From Candidatus Bathyarchaeia archaeon (GTDB lineage Archaea > Thermoproteota > Bathyarchaeia > Bathyarchaeales > Bathycorpusculaceae): 42,776 bases of DNA. The position numbers and the translations under genes are program-made. The DNA lies in contig JBBFKZ010000006.1 in assembly GCA_037481775.1 (NCBI GenBank), positions 1 through 42,776 on the forward strand, written 5' to 3'. Under the pieces are notes generated by a model. That model did no database searches, had not been told where the DNA came from, and saw only the letters and a list, made by a program, of their open reading frames with translations. Of the stretch, positions 1-8,689 are shown piece after piece (position 1 is the first letter of the stretch; each line of letters begins with the position of its first letter).

Positions 1-2468
1 ACATTGAGCGTGTCGTCGATTAGATCTTTTATCAAGTTTTCTTGTTCTTCGGCTGTTGCGTTGACTTTGGTTTTGTCAATTTTCGGCCACTCGGCTAAAG
101 AGATAAAGGTGCGCTTTCCCATGGCGCTCCAAAGTTCTTCGCACATGTGAGGCGCAAAAGGAGCAAGCAGCCTGAGCCAAATCTCCAATGCTTCTTGAGC
201 GGCTTTGGCGTCTGTTTTTCCCTTTCTGCGCATGTACCAGCGGAAGTCATTCCATACCTCGAACAGGGCGATTTCTAAGGCGCTTCGCGTTTTCAACTCT
301 TCAAGGTTCGCTGTAACGTCCTCGATGCGTTGCTGCAGCTTGCTGAGTAGCCACTTTTCCAAATGTGTATTTTCGTTCGTTTTAGCGGATTCAATTATGC
401 TTAAAGCAAAGCTACGAAGCGACTCTAACTTGCTTTGTATGTCAGCGGCGTTCTCGCTTCTCCAGTCTGGATCGTCCATGCCCTCAGCGCCGAGCAGCAA
501 TGCACATCTGGTGGCGTCGGCGCCGTAGCGTTCAACAGCGTTTTTCATTGTGACAAAATTGCCTTTGGACTTATGCATCTGCTTGCCTTCAATCATTAGC
601 ATGCCGTTGACGCCTATGGCTCGGGGCCAATGTTCCGGCGGGAACAAGGCTACGTGATGGAAAATGCAGAAGGACAAATGGTTCGGCACGAGTTCTTTGG
701 CGGAAACCCGAAGGTCAAAGGGATACCAGTATAGGAATTCTTCACGCATTTCCCGAAGTGTCTTTGCGCTTATTCCCACCACCTTGCTGAGCGCGTCTTC
801 GCTGCCTTTACCGTAAAAGATGTAGTCGAAGACTTCAGGAGTAAGCTGCTCTGGCTTGATGCCGTATGCGCGTATGTGCTTATTAATGGTGTAGAACGCC
901 ATGTAAATGGTGGAGTCGCTGAGGGTTTCAATTATCCAGCCTTTACCCCATGGCAGTGGCGTTCCAAAGCCTGTGGTTCTGGCGCAAGCCCACTCCTTCA
1001 GCCAATCAATAACCGCCAAAAACCATTGCCTTGCAGTTTCAGGGTAAATTTTCATCTGAGCTACTGCTGTTTTGGCCTTCTCCTTCCATGCGGGATCAGA
1101 GTAATTCAGGAACCACTGGTCTGACAGAATCTTTACTATGCAGGGCGTCATGCAGCGGCAGACAACTGGCTGCGGCAGATCATACATGCTGTCCGCGATA
1201 CCCGCTTGCTTGAAGTCTCGTATGAGTGTGTCTTTAACATCTTTCACCGTTTGCCCAGCATATGACCCGCAGTTTTGCTTAAGCACGCCCGCGTGAAACT
1301 CTTTCTTATACAAGATTTTCGTGGCTTCATCCGCTCGAGTGTCATGCTGATCTTTTATGCCCATTTGCGTGACAATCTCAACTGCAGGGTACTCGCCGAA
1401 GCCTTCGACTTTAATTATTGAAATTGGTTTAATCTGCTTAACAAAGTCGGCGTCCAAATTGAACTCTCGCAGCGCCGCGGGGTTTTCCTGTAAATCCTTA
1501 AGCGCCAGCCAGTCATAGGGCGCATGGGCTGGAACGCTGTAAACTACGCCAGTAGCCTGCTTCGGGTCGACAAACCAGCCGGGCAGTATAGGGAATTTCT
1601 CTTTTGTAAGCGGATTCTCAAAGAGTTTTCCAATAAGCTCTCTGCCCTTAAACACGCGCTTTACTTCCACGCTGCGCTCCTGCTCGCGGAGTTTTTCCGC
1701 TGCTTCTCGGCTGATTATCCAGCGTTCGCCATCCACTGTAGCTTCGACGTAATCTGCGTCTGGGTTTATCCACATGTTAGTTACGCCGTAGATTGTTTCA
1801 GGCCTAAATGTGGCTGCGGGCAGAAACGTGTCGCCATCCAGCTTATACTTTATTAACGTGTACTCTTCAGGTGTAACGCCTTCGCCTACTTGCCGGTCAT
1901 GGTCGCCGGTTGGGCTTTTGTCTTTTGGGCACCATACAACCGGATGCGTTCCCTTGGTGACGCAGCCTTTCTCCTTTAGGCGAGTGTACTGCCACTCAAT
2001 AAACTTCTGGTAGGTGGGCATTACTGTGGTGAATTCGCGGCGCCAGTCGATCGAGAAGCCTATGCGCTTCGCAGCCGCTCGCCCCTCGTTAGTGTAATAC
2101 TGCGCCATGTATAATGGGTCAACAAACCGCTTAAGCTCCTCCTCGGGCACGCCGTCAATCTCGCGTAGAACACGAATGTATGCCTCATCGCCCTTTGCCA
2201 CGCGCTCACTGGCGCCCAGCAGCGGCTGCCCAGTCCAGTGCCACGCCCATGGCCAAAGCACATTGTAGCCTTGCATGCGCTTGAAACGGGCATATACGTC
2301 TACACGCGTGGCTGTGAACGTGTGACCCACATGTAATGGGCCATTCATGTAGGGGTAAGGAAACGTGACTAGTAGCTTTTTGCGTTTTGGGTCTGGGTCT
2401 GCCTCGAATATGTGGGCTGCTTCCCAGCGGGCTTGCCATTTCTCCTCAATTTGCTTGAGTTGACTCAT
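1..2468 (-). CDS. leuS: Leucyl-tRNA synthetase, archaeal type (runs off the left edge)
   Basis: Not in the ORF track because it is open at the edge. Minus strand from ATG 2468 reads MSQLKQIEEKWQARWE...TFPYPYMNGPLHVGH (HIGH motif), ...FSIDWRREFTT..., and GKQMHKSKGN at the KMSKS position (567-581, same frame). Confidence 0.95.
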   Translation of the reverse strand, partial: MSQLKQIEEKWQARWEAAHIFEADPDPKRKKLLVTFPYPYMNGPLHVGHTFTATRVDVYARFKRMQGYNVLWPWAWHWTGQPLLGASERVAKGDEAYIRVLREIDGVPEEELKRFVDPLYMAQYYTNEGRAAAKRIGFSIDWRREFTTVMPTYQKFIEWQYTRLKEKGCVTKGTHPVVWCPKDKSPTGDHDRQVGEGVTPEEYTLIKYKLDGDTFLPAATFRPETIYGVTNMWINPDADYVEATVDGERWIISREAAEKLREQERSVEVKRVFKGRELIGKLFENPLTKEKFPILPGWFVDPKQATGVVYSVPAHAPYDWLALKDLQENPAALREFNLDADFVKQIKPISIIKVEGFGEYPAVEIVTQMGIKDQHDTRADEATKILYKKEFHAGVLKQNCGSYAGQTVKDVKDTLIRDFKQAGIADSMYDLPQPVVCRCMTPCIVKILSDQWFLNYSDPAWKEKAKTAVAQMKIYPETARQWFLAVIDWLKEWACARTTGFGTPLPWGKGWIIETLSDSTIYMAFYTINKHIRAYGIKPEQLTPEVFDYIFYGKGSEDALSKVVGISAKTLREMREEFLYWYPFDLRVSAKELVPNHLSFCIFHHVALFPPEHWPRAIGVNGMLMIEGKQMHKSKGNFVTMKNAVERYGADATRCALLLGAEGMDDPDWRSENAADIQSKLESLRSFALSIIESAKTNENTHLEKWLLSKLQQRIEDVTANLEELKTRSALEIALFEVWNDFRWYMRRKGKTDAKAAQEALEIWLRLLAPFAPHMCEELWSAMGKRTFISLAEWPKIDKTKVNATAEEQENLIKDLIDDTLN

Positions 2469-2557
2469 GAAACTGTTGAATTAAGCCAAAAGCTATTAAG
2501 AGTTTTGCTCAACATGCAGCGCCAAAAGCAACAAATACTGAATTGCTCCATAGAAGT

Positions 2558-3550
2558 ATGGAAGAGAAAATGTCTAATGAAGAAAAACTTATGCTACGTG
2601 CTATTGCAATTTTGCAGGAAAGAGGCAAAAAGGCAGTGGAACTTGCGAAGCAAGTGATCTTACAAGAGGAAGTCGAGTTTAAACCTCTACAAGACGCACT
2701 GCACTATTTTATGGGCGAGTGGCGAGATGTTTTACATCCTGCTATGCTTTCACTTGCATGCGAAGCCGTAGGCGGTGACCCAGACATGACAACTGACGTT
2801 GGCGCAGCAATTGTGCTTCTTGCGGGTGGTGCAGACATTCACGATGACATTATTGATGAATCAACAATTAAGGGTACTCAACTGACAGTTTATGGCAGAT
2901 TCGGAAAAGACATCGCAATATTGGCTGGCGACGCGCTTCTTTTTAAGGGCATGCAACTGTTGCATAGCGCTTGTGAAAAAATTCCAAACGACAAGAAGCA
3001 GAGGATTCTAGAGTCAGTAAAGCAGGCCTTTTTTGAAGTAAGCAGCGCAGAAGCTGAAGAAGCAAGCTATCGAGGGAAATTTGACTTATCTGAGCAGAAG
3101 TATCTGGATATTATTAAGAAAAAGGTTGCAGCTGGAGAAGCATCCATGAAGATCGGTGCGATCATCGGCAACGGGACAACAGAACAAATAGAGCTTCTTA
3201 GGCATTATGGTAGAACTTATGGAATGCTGATGACTATAAGAGACGAATTCGTAGATATGTTTGAAGCTGATGAGCTTGAGAACAGAGCAAAAAAGGAGTG
3301 CTTGCCATTTCCTCTAATGCTTGCACTTCAGAATTCACCTGAAAAAGCAAGAATTCTCCACCTTCTTGAAGGGAAACTAACTGAAAGGGAAATTGAAGAC
3401 GTGCTTGAATTTGTAATGGAGGCCCCTACAACTTATAAACTGAAAGAGTACATGAAGCATAAGATAGATGTTGCGGCACAGCAAATAAGTTCATTCAAAG
3501 TAAATCAAATATTATTATTACTCCTTAACTCAACAATTGAAGATCTCTGA
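2558..3550 (+). CDS. Polyprenyl synthetase-fold (trans-IPPS) protein, atypical; possible peptide/Trp prenyltransferase
   Basis: First Asp-rich motif DIHDDIID and AILAGDALL helix present. Second motif degenerate (IRDEFVD). Canonical GKRxRP, post-FARM RRG and KT motifs absent. Start could be 2543, 2558 or 2570. Confidence 0.85.
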   Translation: MEEKMSNEEKLMLRAIAILQERGKKAVELAKQVILQEEVEFKPLQDALHYFMGEWRDVLHPAMLSLACEAVGGDPDMTTDVGAAIVLLAGGADIHDDIIDESTIKGTQLTVYGRFGKDIAILAGDALLFKGMQLLHSACEKIPNDKKQRILESVKQAFFEVSSAEAEEASYRGKFDLSEQKYLDIIKKKVAAGEASMKIGAIIGNGTTEQIELLRHYGRTYGMLMTIRDEFVDMFEADELENRAKKECLPFPLMLALQNSPEKARILHLLEGKLTEREIEDVLEFVMEAPTTYKLKEYMKHKIDVAAQQISSFKVNQILLLLLNSTIEDL

Positions 3551-3564
3551 TGTGGGCAACCGAG

Positions 3565-3576
3565 AAAAAATAAAAA
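3565..3576 (-). terminator. T-rich archaeal terminator after the small peptide ORF
   Basis: Minus strand TTTTTATTTTTT begins 4 nt after the TAA at 3581-3583. Confidence 0.5.
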
Positions 3577-3580
3577 GTGG

Positions 3581-3622
3581 TTAAGCCCAAAATCCTTTGA
3601 GTCTGATTGGTTTAGTGCGCAA
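3581..3622 (-). CDS. 13-aa peptide MRTKPIRLKGFWA, candidate prenylated peptide precursor
   Basis: TTG start at 3622 preceded by GAGGAAGAGAGGGCTGAAAC (SD-like). In-frame TGA two codons upstream fixes the start. BRE/TATA upstream and T-tract downstream. Confidence 0.6.
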   Translation of the reverse strand: MRTKPIRLKGFWA

Positions 3623-3666
3623 GTTTCAGCCCTCTCTTCCTCGTGTATTTATGTTGAACAAATATG

Positions 3667-3679
3667 CTTAAAAACTTTG
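3667..3679 (-). promoter_or_regulatory. BRE/TATA-like promoter of the peptide gene
   Basis: Minus strand CAAAGTTTTTAAG about 45 nt upstream of the TTG. Confidence 0.5.
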
Positions 3680-3685
3680 CTATAG

Positions 3686-4641
3686 TGTCAAGTCAAGTTT
3701 CCAACGTTACACTCTTATTCTTGATGCAAACATAATGTTTTGTCTGGTGATGGTTTGAGGCTACCTCCTATCATTAGGGGAGCCTTCAGGAAGCTTGTAA
3801 AGGCCAATCAAACAGTCACCAGTATCGCAAAAACGTTCAAGACCACCAGGCAAACCGTTTACCGTTGGCTGAAAAGAGGCAAACACCGCGGAACAGAAAC
3901 CTTCAAAGACAAGCCGCGGCAGCCAAAAGAGTGCAAAGTCACGTTGGAAGTTGAGCTTTCAATCCTCAAGCTACGAACCGCCTTCAACTGGGGAACCGCA
4001 CGCATACAGCAAGGACTTTTCTGCTTGCCACCCTTTATGCTGGAGTCTGCGCAGTGCGTTCAAGGAGTAAACCTTTCAAGAGAAACCATAAACTGAGTCC
4101 TTGCAAGAAACAACCAGAACGGCTATCAGAAAGAGTGCAAGCGCTGGAAGTTCTTCAGGGCCAAAGAGCCTGACGAGCTGTGGCAGATTGATTTCAAAGG
4201 GCCCTTCAGCGTTCAGGGCAAGAAGTACTGGTTTCTGGTGTGCATCGACGACTACAGCAGATTCATCGTTGCGGCTGAGCAGTTTGACCGTGAACTGTCG
4301 ACGGCTGAAACAGTGGCTGTATTGGAGAAAGTTGGGAGGCTTCCGAAGGCTATTTTGAGTGATCATGGGCAGCAGTTTAAGGAGCAGTGGAAGGACTGGT
4401 GCAGTGCTCACGGGATTGATGCACAGTTTGCTCATCCTTCTTATCCGCAGGATAAGGGCAAGGTTGAACGTTGCATCCGAAACTTCAACCGAGAGTTCAT
4501 CAATCAGCTGCGGAAGTTTCCCGGCTGGCTTGGGCATATCTGCGACTACAGAAATTGGTTTAATCATTCACGGTATCATAGAGGCGTCAAAGCCTACCCA
4601 GCAGACCTCTACAAGTGTAACGTTGGAAAGTTGACATGACA
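3686..4641 (+). mobile_element. IS481-family-like insertion sequence, 956 bp
   Basis: 28-bp terminal inverted repeats TGTCAAGTCAAGTTTCCAACGTTACACT / AGTGTAACGTTGGAAAGTTGACATGACA (2 mismatches). 5-bp target duplication TATAG at 3681-3685 and 4642-4646. Single HTH + rve-type DDE transposase. Confidence 0.92.
3755..4639 (+). pseudogene. IS481-like DDE transposase with one in-frame stop (TGA 4094-4096)
   Basis: ORFs 3740..4096 and 4238..4639 are in the same frame. Read-through gives RETIN*VLARNN...ELWQIDFKG...CIDDYSR...ILSDHGQQF...PQDKGKVER. Confidence 0.88.
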
Positions 4642-4739
4642 TATAGTTACGTTTATTGATATATATAGCGAGTCTGGTTTTCAAATACTAAATACTTATT
4701 TCTCAATGTGAATTCATACTAAAATGAGCAGGACGGCTG

Positions 4740-5966
4740 ATGCGGAAAGAGGAAAGAAAAAGCGCATTCTTGGATGAAAAAAAGAAACTTTTCTCGAATA
4801 TTTTCTTAGTTGCTAATCCACTTGTTTGGTATTACACGGTTATTATTGTCTTACAAGAAAACTTGGGCATGATGTCGATAAGTGCGTTAACAACATTTTT
4901 AATTTGGTGTCTTCATTTTTCTGGGCTCATAGTTTCCGCACTAATAGGTGCGTCTCTAACCAAAAATGTCAAGCGCGAACAACTTTTGAAACTTTGGATT
5001 TTATCAAACGTCTTTTCATCGTTGACTTTGATTTTAATTAATACTCCATCGCTGTTGGCCATTAGTTTTCTTTTCATTCTATATGGTGTCTCTCTAGGTT
5101 GGGCCATGCCCACTTGCATGGGCTACTACACAGAATGTGTACCTGTCGAAAATCGAGGACGCACGAGTGGTTTAGCGATGCTTGCTACCGGCATAGGCAT
5201 AGCAATATTTAGTGTCATCAAAATTAGTGATGTCATATTACTTGGTATAATATTTGCGGCGTGGCGCGCATCCAGTTTATTCACTTTCAGCTTTTTGAAG
5301 ACAACAATGATAAGACAGAAAACTAGCGCTTCCTATAAGTCTATAATTAATCAACGTGCCTTTATCATGTACTTCATACCATGGTTTATGTTTTCTTTGG
5401 TTAATTATCTAAGCACACCTTTAGAATCAGGCCTTATTGGCACGGCACATCAATCGACTGAAGCCTTGCCAACTTTTCAAGCGGGTATTATGGGAATCGC
5501 AGCGGTTATAGGCGGTTTTCTCGTAGATTCTGTAGGACGGAAGCGGGTTGCTATAGCAGGTTTTGTTTTGATAGGCTTGGGGACATCTGTTTTGGGAATT
5601 TATCCTGAAAATATGCTTAGTTGGTATTTTAGCGCTATTACAGATGGTGCTGCTTTCGGTTTCCTTTTGGTAATATTTGTTTTAACTATTTGGGGTGATC
5701 TGAGTTTTGATGCACCCAGCGATAAAGTGTATGCTTTAGGCGTTACACCTTTTTTCATTTCGAAATTCCTTGAATTAACTATAGGCGAATCAATAGCGGC
5801 TGGGATTGAACCCTATGCGCTTTTCTCATTTACGGCTTTCTTTCTGTTTTTAGCGGTTTTGCCATTGGTTTATGCACCTGAAACTCTGCCGGAAAAGCAC
5901 ATTAGGGAAAGGGAGCTTAAGAGTTATCTTGAGAAAGCCATGCGCGAAAGGGAAAAATACGCTTAA
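4740..5966 (+). CDS. MFS-type membrane transporter
   Basis: About 12 hydrophobic segments, motif A GFLVDSVGRKR, ENRGR loop, C-terminal APETLP. Confidence 0.88.
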   Translation: MRKEERKSAFLDEKKKLFSNIFLVANPLVWYYTVIIVLQENLGMMSISALTTFLIWCLHFSGLIVSALIGASLTKNVKREQLLKLWILSNVFSSLTLILINTPSLLAISFLFILYGVSLGWAMPTCMGYYTECVPVENRGRTSGLAMLATGIGIAIFSVIKISDVILLGIIFAAWRASSLFTFSFLKTTMIRQKTSASYKSIINQRAFIMYFIPWFMFSLVNYLSTPLESGLIGTAHQSTEALPTFQAGIMGIAAVIGGFLVDSVGRKRVAIAGFVLIGLGTSVLGIYPENMLSWYFSAITDGAAFGFLLVIFVLTIWGDLSFDAPSDKVYALGVTPFFISKFLELTIGESIAAGIEPYALFSFTAFFLFLAVLPLVYAPETLPEKHIRERELKSYLEKAMREREKYA

Positions 5967-5994
5967 ATTAGTGTTTTTGCTTTAAGGGCAAAGC

Positions 5995-7116
5995 ATGTTC
6001 TTCCATGTGATGCTGACGACAGAGTGCAACTTGCAGTGCAGGTACTGCTTTGGAGAAGCCATTGAGGACTTTAATGAGGACTTTGAAGACTTTGACGTAG
6101 ATTATGCTTTGCCCAGAAAAATCAGCTATGAGCCTGCTTTGCTGGCTGAGTTCTGTCGCAGAGACCCCGAATGTGTTTTGACTTTTTACGGCGGCGAGCC
6201 GCTGCTCTGCGCTGACGCCATCAGGCAGATTATGGATTCTGCAAAGCCGCAGCATTTCATGATTCAGACGAACGGTCTGCTGCTGGACAAGCTTGAGCCT
6301 GAATACATTAATCGCTTCCACACCATTCTCGTCTCCATAGACGGCGACGAAGCCTTGACGGACTTTTACCGGGGCAGGGGCACCTTTCGCCGTGTCATCG
6401 ACAACCTGAAACTGATTGTTAGGAATGGTTTTCGAGGCGAATTAATTGCCCGCATGACTGTTATGGAACAAACGGACATTCACCGGCAAGTTACCTGGCT
6501 TGTGAATAATAGCGAGTTCCCGTTTTCTTCGGTTCATTGGCAGCTTAACGCGGGTTTCTGGGCAAACGATTACGCACGACGCAACTTCAAGGAGTGGAGC
6601 CAAACAAGCTATATCCCGGGCTTAAGGCGGCTGGCGGAGTTCTGGGTTGATCACATGGAAGCGGGGCAGGCTGTGCTGCGGCTTTATCCGCTCTTGGGCG
6701 TTGCGCACTCGCTGCTGCATAATGAGCCGAGTTTACTTCGCTGCGGCGGCGGATGGATAAACTACGCCATCCAAACCGACGGCACAGTAATTCCATGCCC
6801 AACCATGTGGGGAATGAAAAACTACTACCTGGGTCACATCGCTCAAGCGAATCCTCTGGCTCTGAAGAAAATTTTCGTGGGCGCACCCTGCACTGAATGT
6901 GACATTTTCAGCGTCTGCGGCGGCCGCTGCTTGTACGCCAACATAACTAAACGATGGAGCAAAGAGGCATACGCTGAAGTTTGCGGCACCGTAAAAGCCT
7001 TGGTAAACGCCGTGACGGCAGAGCTCTCGAGAATCAAACAGCTTATCAAGCAAAAGAAGATACGCTTGAGTGACTTTGACTTCCTGAAATACAATGGCTG
7101 CGAAATCATCCCATAG
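5995..7116 (+). CDS. Radical SAM/SPASM protein (resembles the AF0577/TIGR04084 putative peptide-modifying family)
   Basis: CNLQCRYC, FYGGEPLL, IQTNG, VSIDG, and SPASM cysteines CGGG...PCP...CTEC...VCGGRC...C. Confidence 0.88.
   Translation: MFFHVMLTTECNLQCRYCFGEAIEDFNEDFEDFDVDYALPRKISYEPALLAEFCRRDPECVLTFYGGEPLLCADAIRQIMDSAKPQHFMIQTNGLLLDKLEPEYINRFHTILVSIDGDEALTDFYRGRGTFRRVIDNLKLIVRNGFRGELIARMTVMEQTDIHRQVTWLVNNSEFPFSSVHWQLNAGFWANDYARRNFKEWSQTSYIPGLRRLAEFWVDHMEAGQAVLRLYPLLGVAHSLLHNEPSLLRCGGGWINYAIQTDGTVIPCPTMWGMKNYYLGHIAQANPLALKKIFVGAPCTECDIFSVCGGRCLYANITKRWSKEAYAEVCGTVKALVNAVTAELSRIKQLIKQKKIRLSDFDFLKYNGCEIIP
7101..7116 (+). repeat. Putative attL (core CGAAAT, recoded EIIP* tail)
   Basis: CGAAATCATCCCATAG matches 28708-28723 with only third-codon-position differences. 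Confidence 0.65.
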
Positions 7117-7143
7117 TTTTTTATTGCATCCGTTATATGCGGA

Positions 7144-8457
7144 TCATTTCCGTTTTCGGAAGAAGGCAAGGCCATCCTTTTGAAGCACATATTCAAACCC
7201 GGTTTCTAGTAGCTGTGTGATTTCCTCTTGTGTTTTGGCAACTTTGACGTGGTAGTCGTCTAGCTCCGTGTTTCTAAACATGGCTTTCTCAATGTGTATG
7301 TAGACTTGTGTGCTTTGCAGGTTCTTGTGCCCAAGATGTTCTTTAACGTAATAAACGTCTTTAGTCTGATGGTAAAGCATTGTGCCTTTCCAATGTCTAA
7401 ATGTATGAAATGATATTTGTTGTAGCCTTGGATTTCCCAGTTTCCTCGCAACTCTTTTTCTCTGCACGTAAAAGCAAGTGCGCATAGCATTCGCATCTGC
7501 AAATAGACGCTCCCCGGTTTTAGGAAGGTTCTTAAGCATTTCGACAGCTTTGTTAGATATTGGAAGCATCCGAGGATAACTTCCTTTTTCACCTTTCACC
7601 CTGACAGTTTTCTGCTCGGAATCTACGTCTGTCCACCGTAGGTTTGATATTTCTCCACATCTTGCCCCTGTTTCTTTGAGCAGTTGAAGATAACATGCCA
7701 TCTTTTTGCCTACGGCTGAAATTAAACTGTCAAGCTCCTGCTCTGTAGGAATGAATGGAATTTCAGGTTCTCCGTAGTATATTGGTTTAATCCATGCAAC
7801 ACCAAGATGTTCAAACCACTTATCCAAAATAATGGCTATGTTTCTTTTCGTGCTTGCTGCAAGCCCCGTCTTGGCAAGCCAAGCCTTACAGTCTTCAGGT
7901 TCCAAAAGGTTTACACCTTGTCGAAACATTTTCATCAGGTTTTTACGGTAGTTAGCTATGGTTCCTTGTTTTCTTCCATTCCTTTCAAGCTTCCATAAGA
8001 GTTCAATGATTTTTCCTTTGACATCTTGCTGTGCTGTATGCTTCGTGGCTCCCGCTGCCCGTTTTTCATTCTGCTTTTCTACTGTGGCCAAGGTTAACGC
8101 CGCCTTTCTAGCGGTGGGTTCTCGCCTTTCAGGGTCATTGTTCCCTTGGCAAGAATAATATGAGGCGGAAGGTGGATTTAAGCCGGATGGAGGATTCTTC
8201 CATCCGGTTCTGTCTTTATTTTTGGGATCTGTGAAACGATATCCGCAGTTTCTGCATAGCCAACGCTGAACGCTGGTGCCATCGCCAAGGTATCTTAGGC
8301 CATCTTTGTAAAGGCGATCTGAACCACATTGTGGGCATTTGAGCTGGGACTGTTTCGACGGCTGTTTTTGCGAAAAATCATGTACGGGCTCAATAAGGCT
8401 GTCCGGTTCTACTCTTTCTGAGGAGCAAATCTTTTCTTCAGCCCCAGCTTCAGCCAT
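7144..8457 (-). CDS. Tyrosine recombinase/integrase with N-terminal Zn ribbon
   Basis: Catalytic R (TGARCGE), K (VKGEKG), HxxR (FHTFRH), H (LGH), Y (TQVY). N-terminal CPQC...CRNC. Confidence 0.93.
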   Translation of the reverse strand: MAEAGAEEKICSSERVEPDSLIEPVHDFSQKQPSKQSQLKCPQCGSDRLYKDGLRYLGDGTSVQRWLCRNCGYRFTDPKNKDRTGWKNPPSGLNPPSASYYSCQGNNDPERREPTARKAALTLATVEKQNEKRAAGATKHTAQQDVKGKIIELLWKLERNGRKQGTIANYRKNLMKMFRQGVNLLEPEDCKAWLAKTGLAASTKRNIAIILDKWFEHLGVAWIKPIYYGEPEIPFIPTEQELDSLISAVGKKMACYLQLLKETGARCGEISNLRWTDVDSEQKTVRVKGEKGSYPRMLPISNKAVEMLKNLPKTGERLFADANAMRTCFYVQRKRVARKLGNPRLQQISFHTFRHWKGTMLYHQTKDVYYVKEHLGHKNLQSTQVYIHIEKAMFRNTELDDYHVKVAKTQEEITQLLETGFEYVLQKDGLAFFRKRK

Positions 8458-8461
8458 ACGA

Positions 8462-8689
8462 TTACCTTCTACTTTCCTCTACAATGGCAAGGGCGAAGCC
8501 CGCATTCTTGCGCTTCTTTTTTGGTTCGCGTTTCAATAGTTGCCTTGCAAGTTTTCGGCATTTTCGTGCAAGCAGTTTCTCTTTAAGAGTTGGAAGCGGA
8601 TCTATTAGAGGTGGCTCTTTGCTTTTGCCTTTATTATTCGCTTCCTTTTTAGAGTGGGGATAGTCCCAACTGTGGTTCAAGGTTTTCAC
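8462..8689 (-). CDS. Small basic hypothetical protein
   Basis: Overlaps the helicase stop by 4 nt and ends 4 nt before the integrase start, so operon-like coupling. Confidence 0.55.
   Translation of the reverse strand: MKTLNHSWDYPHSKKEANNKGKSKEPPLIDPLPTLKEKLLARKCRKLARQLLKREPKKKRKNAGFALAIVEESRR

Noticed and set aside
205-2657. Many short ORFs over the leuS region
   Set aside because: Shadows of the long minus-strand leuS frame that the track omitted because it is open at the edge.
4094-4096. TGA as selenocysteine or programmed recoding
   Set aside because: Position fits Arg in an IS481-type helix (ETINRVL); simple C-to-T change is more parsimonious.
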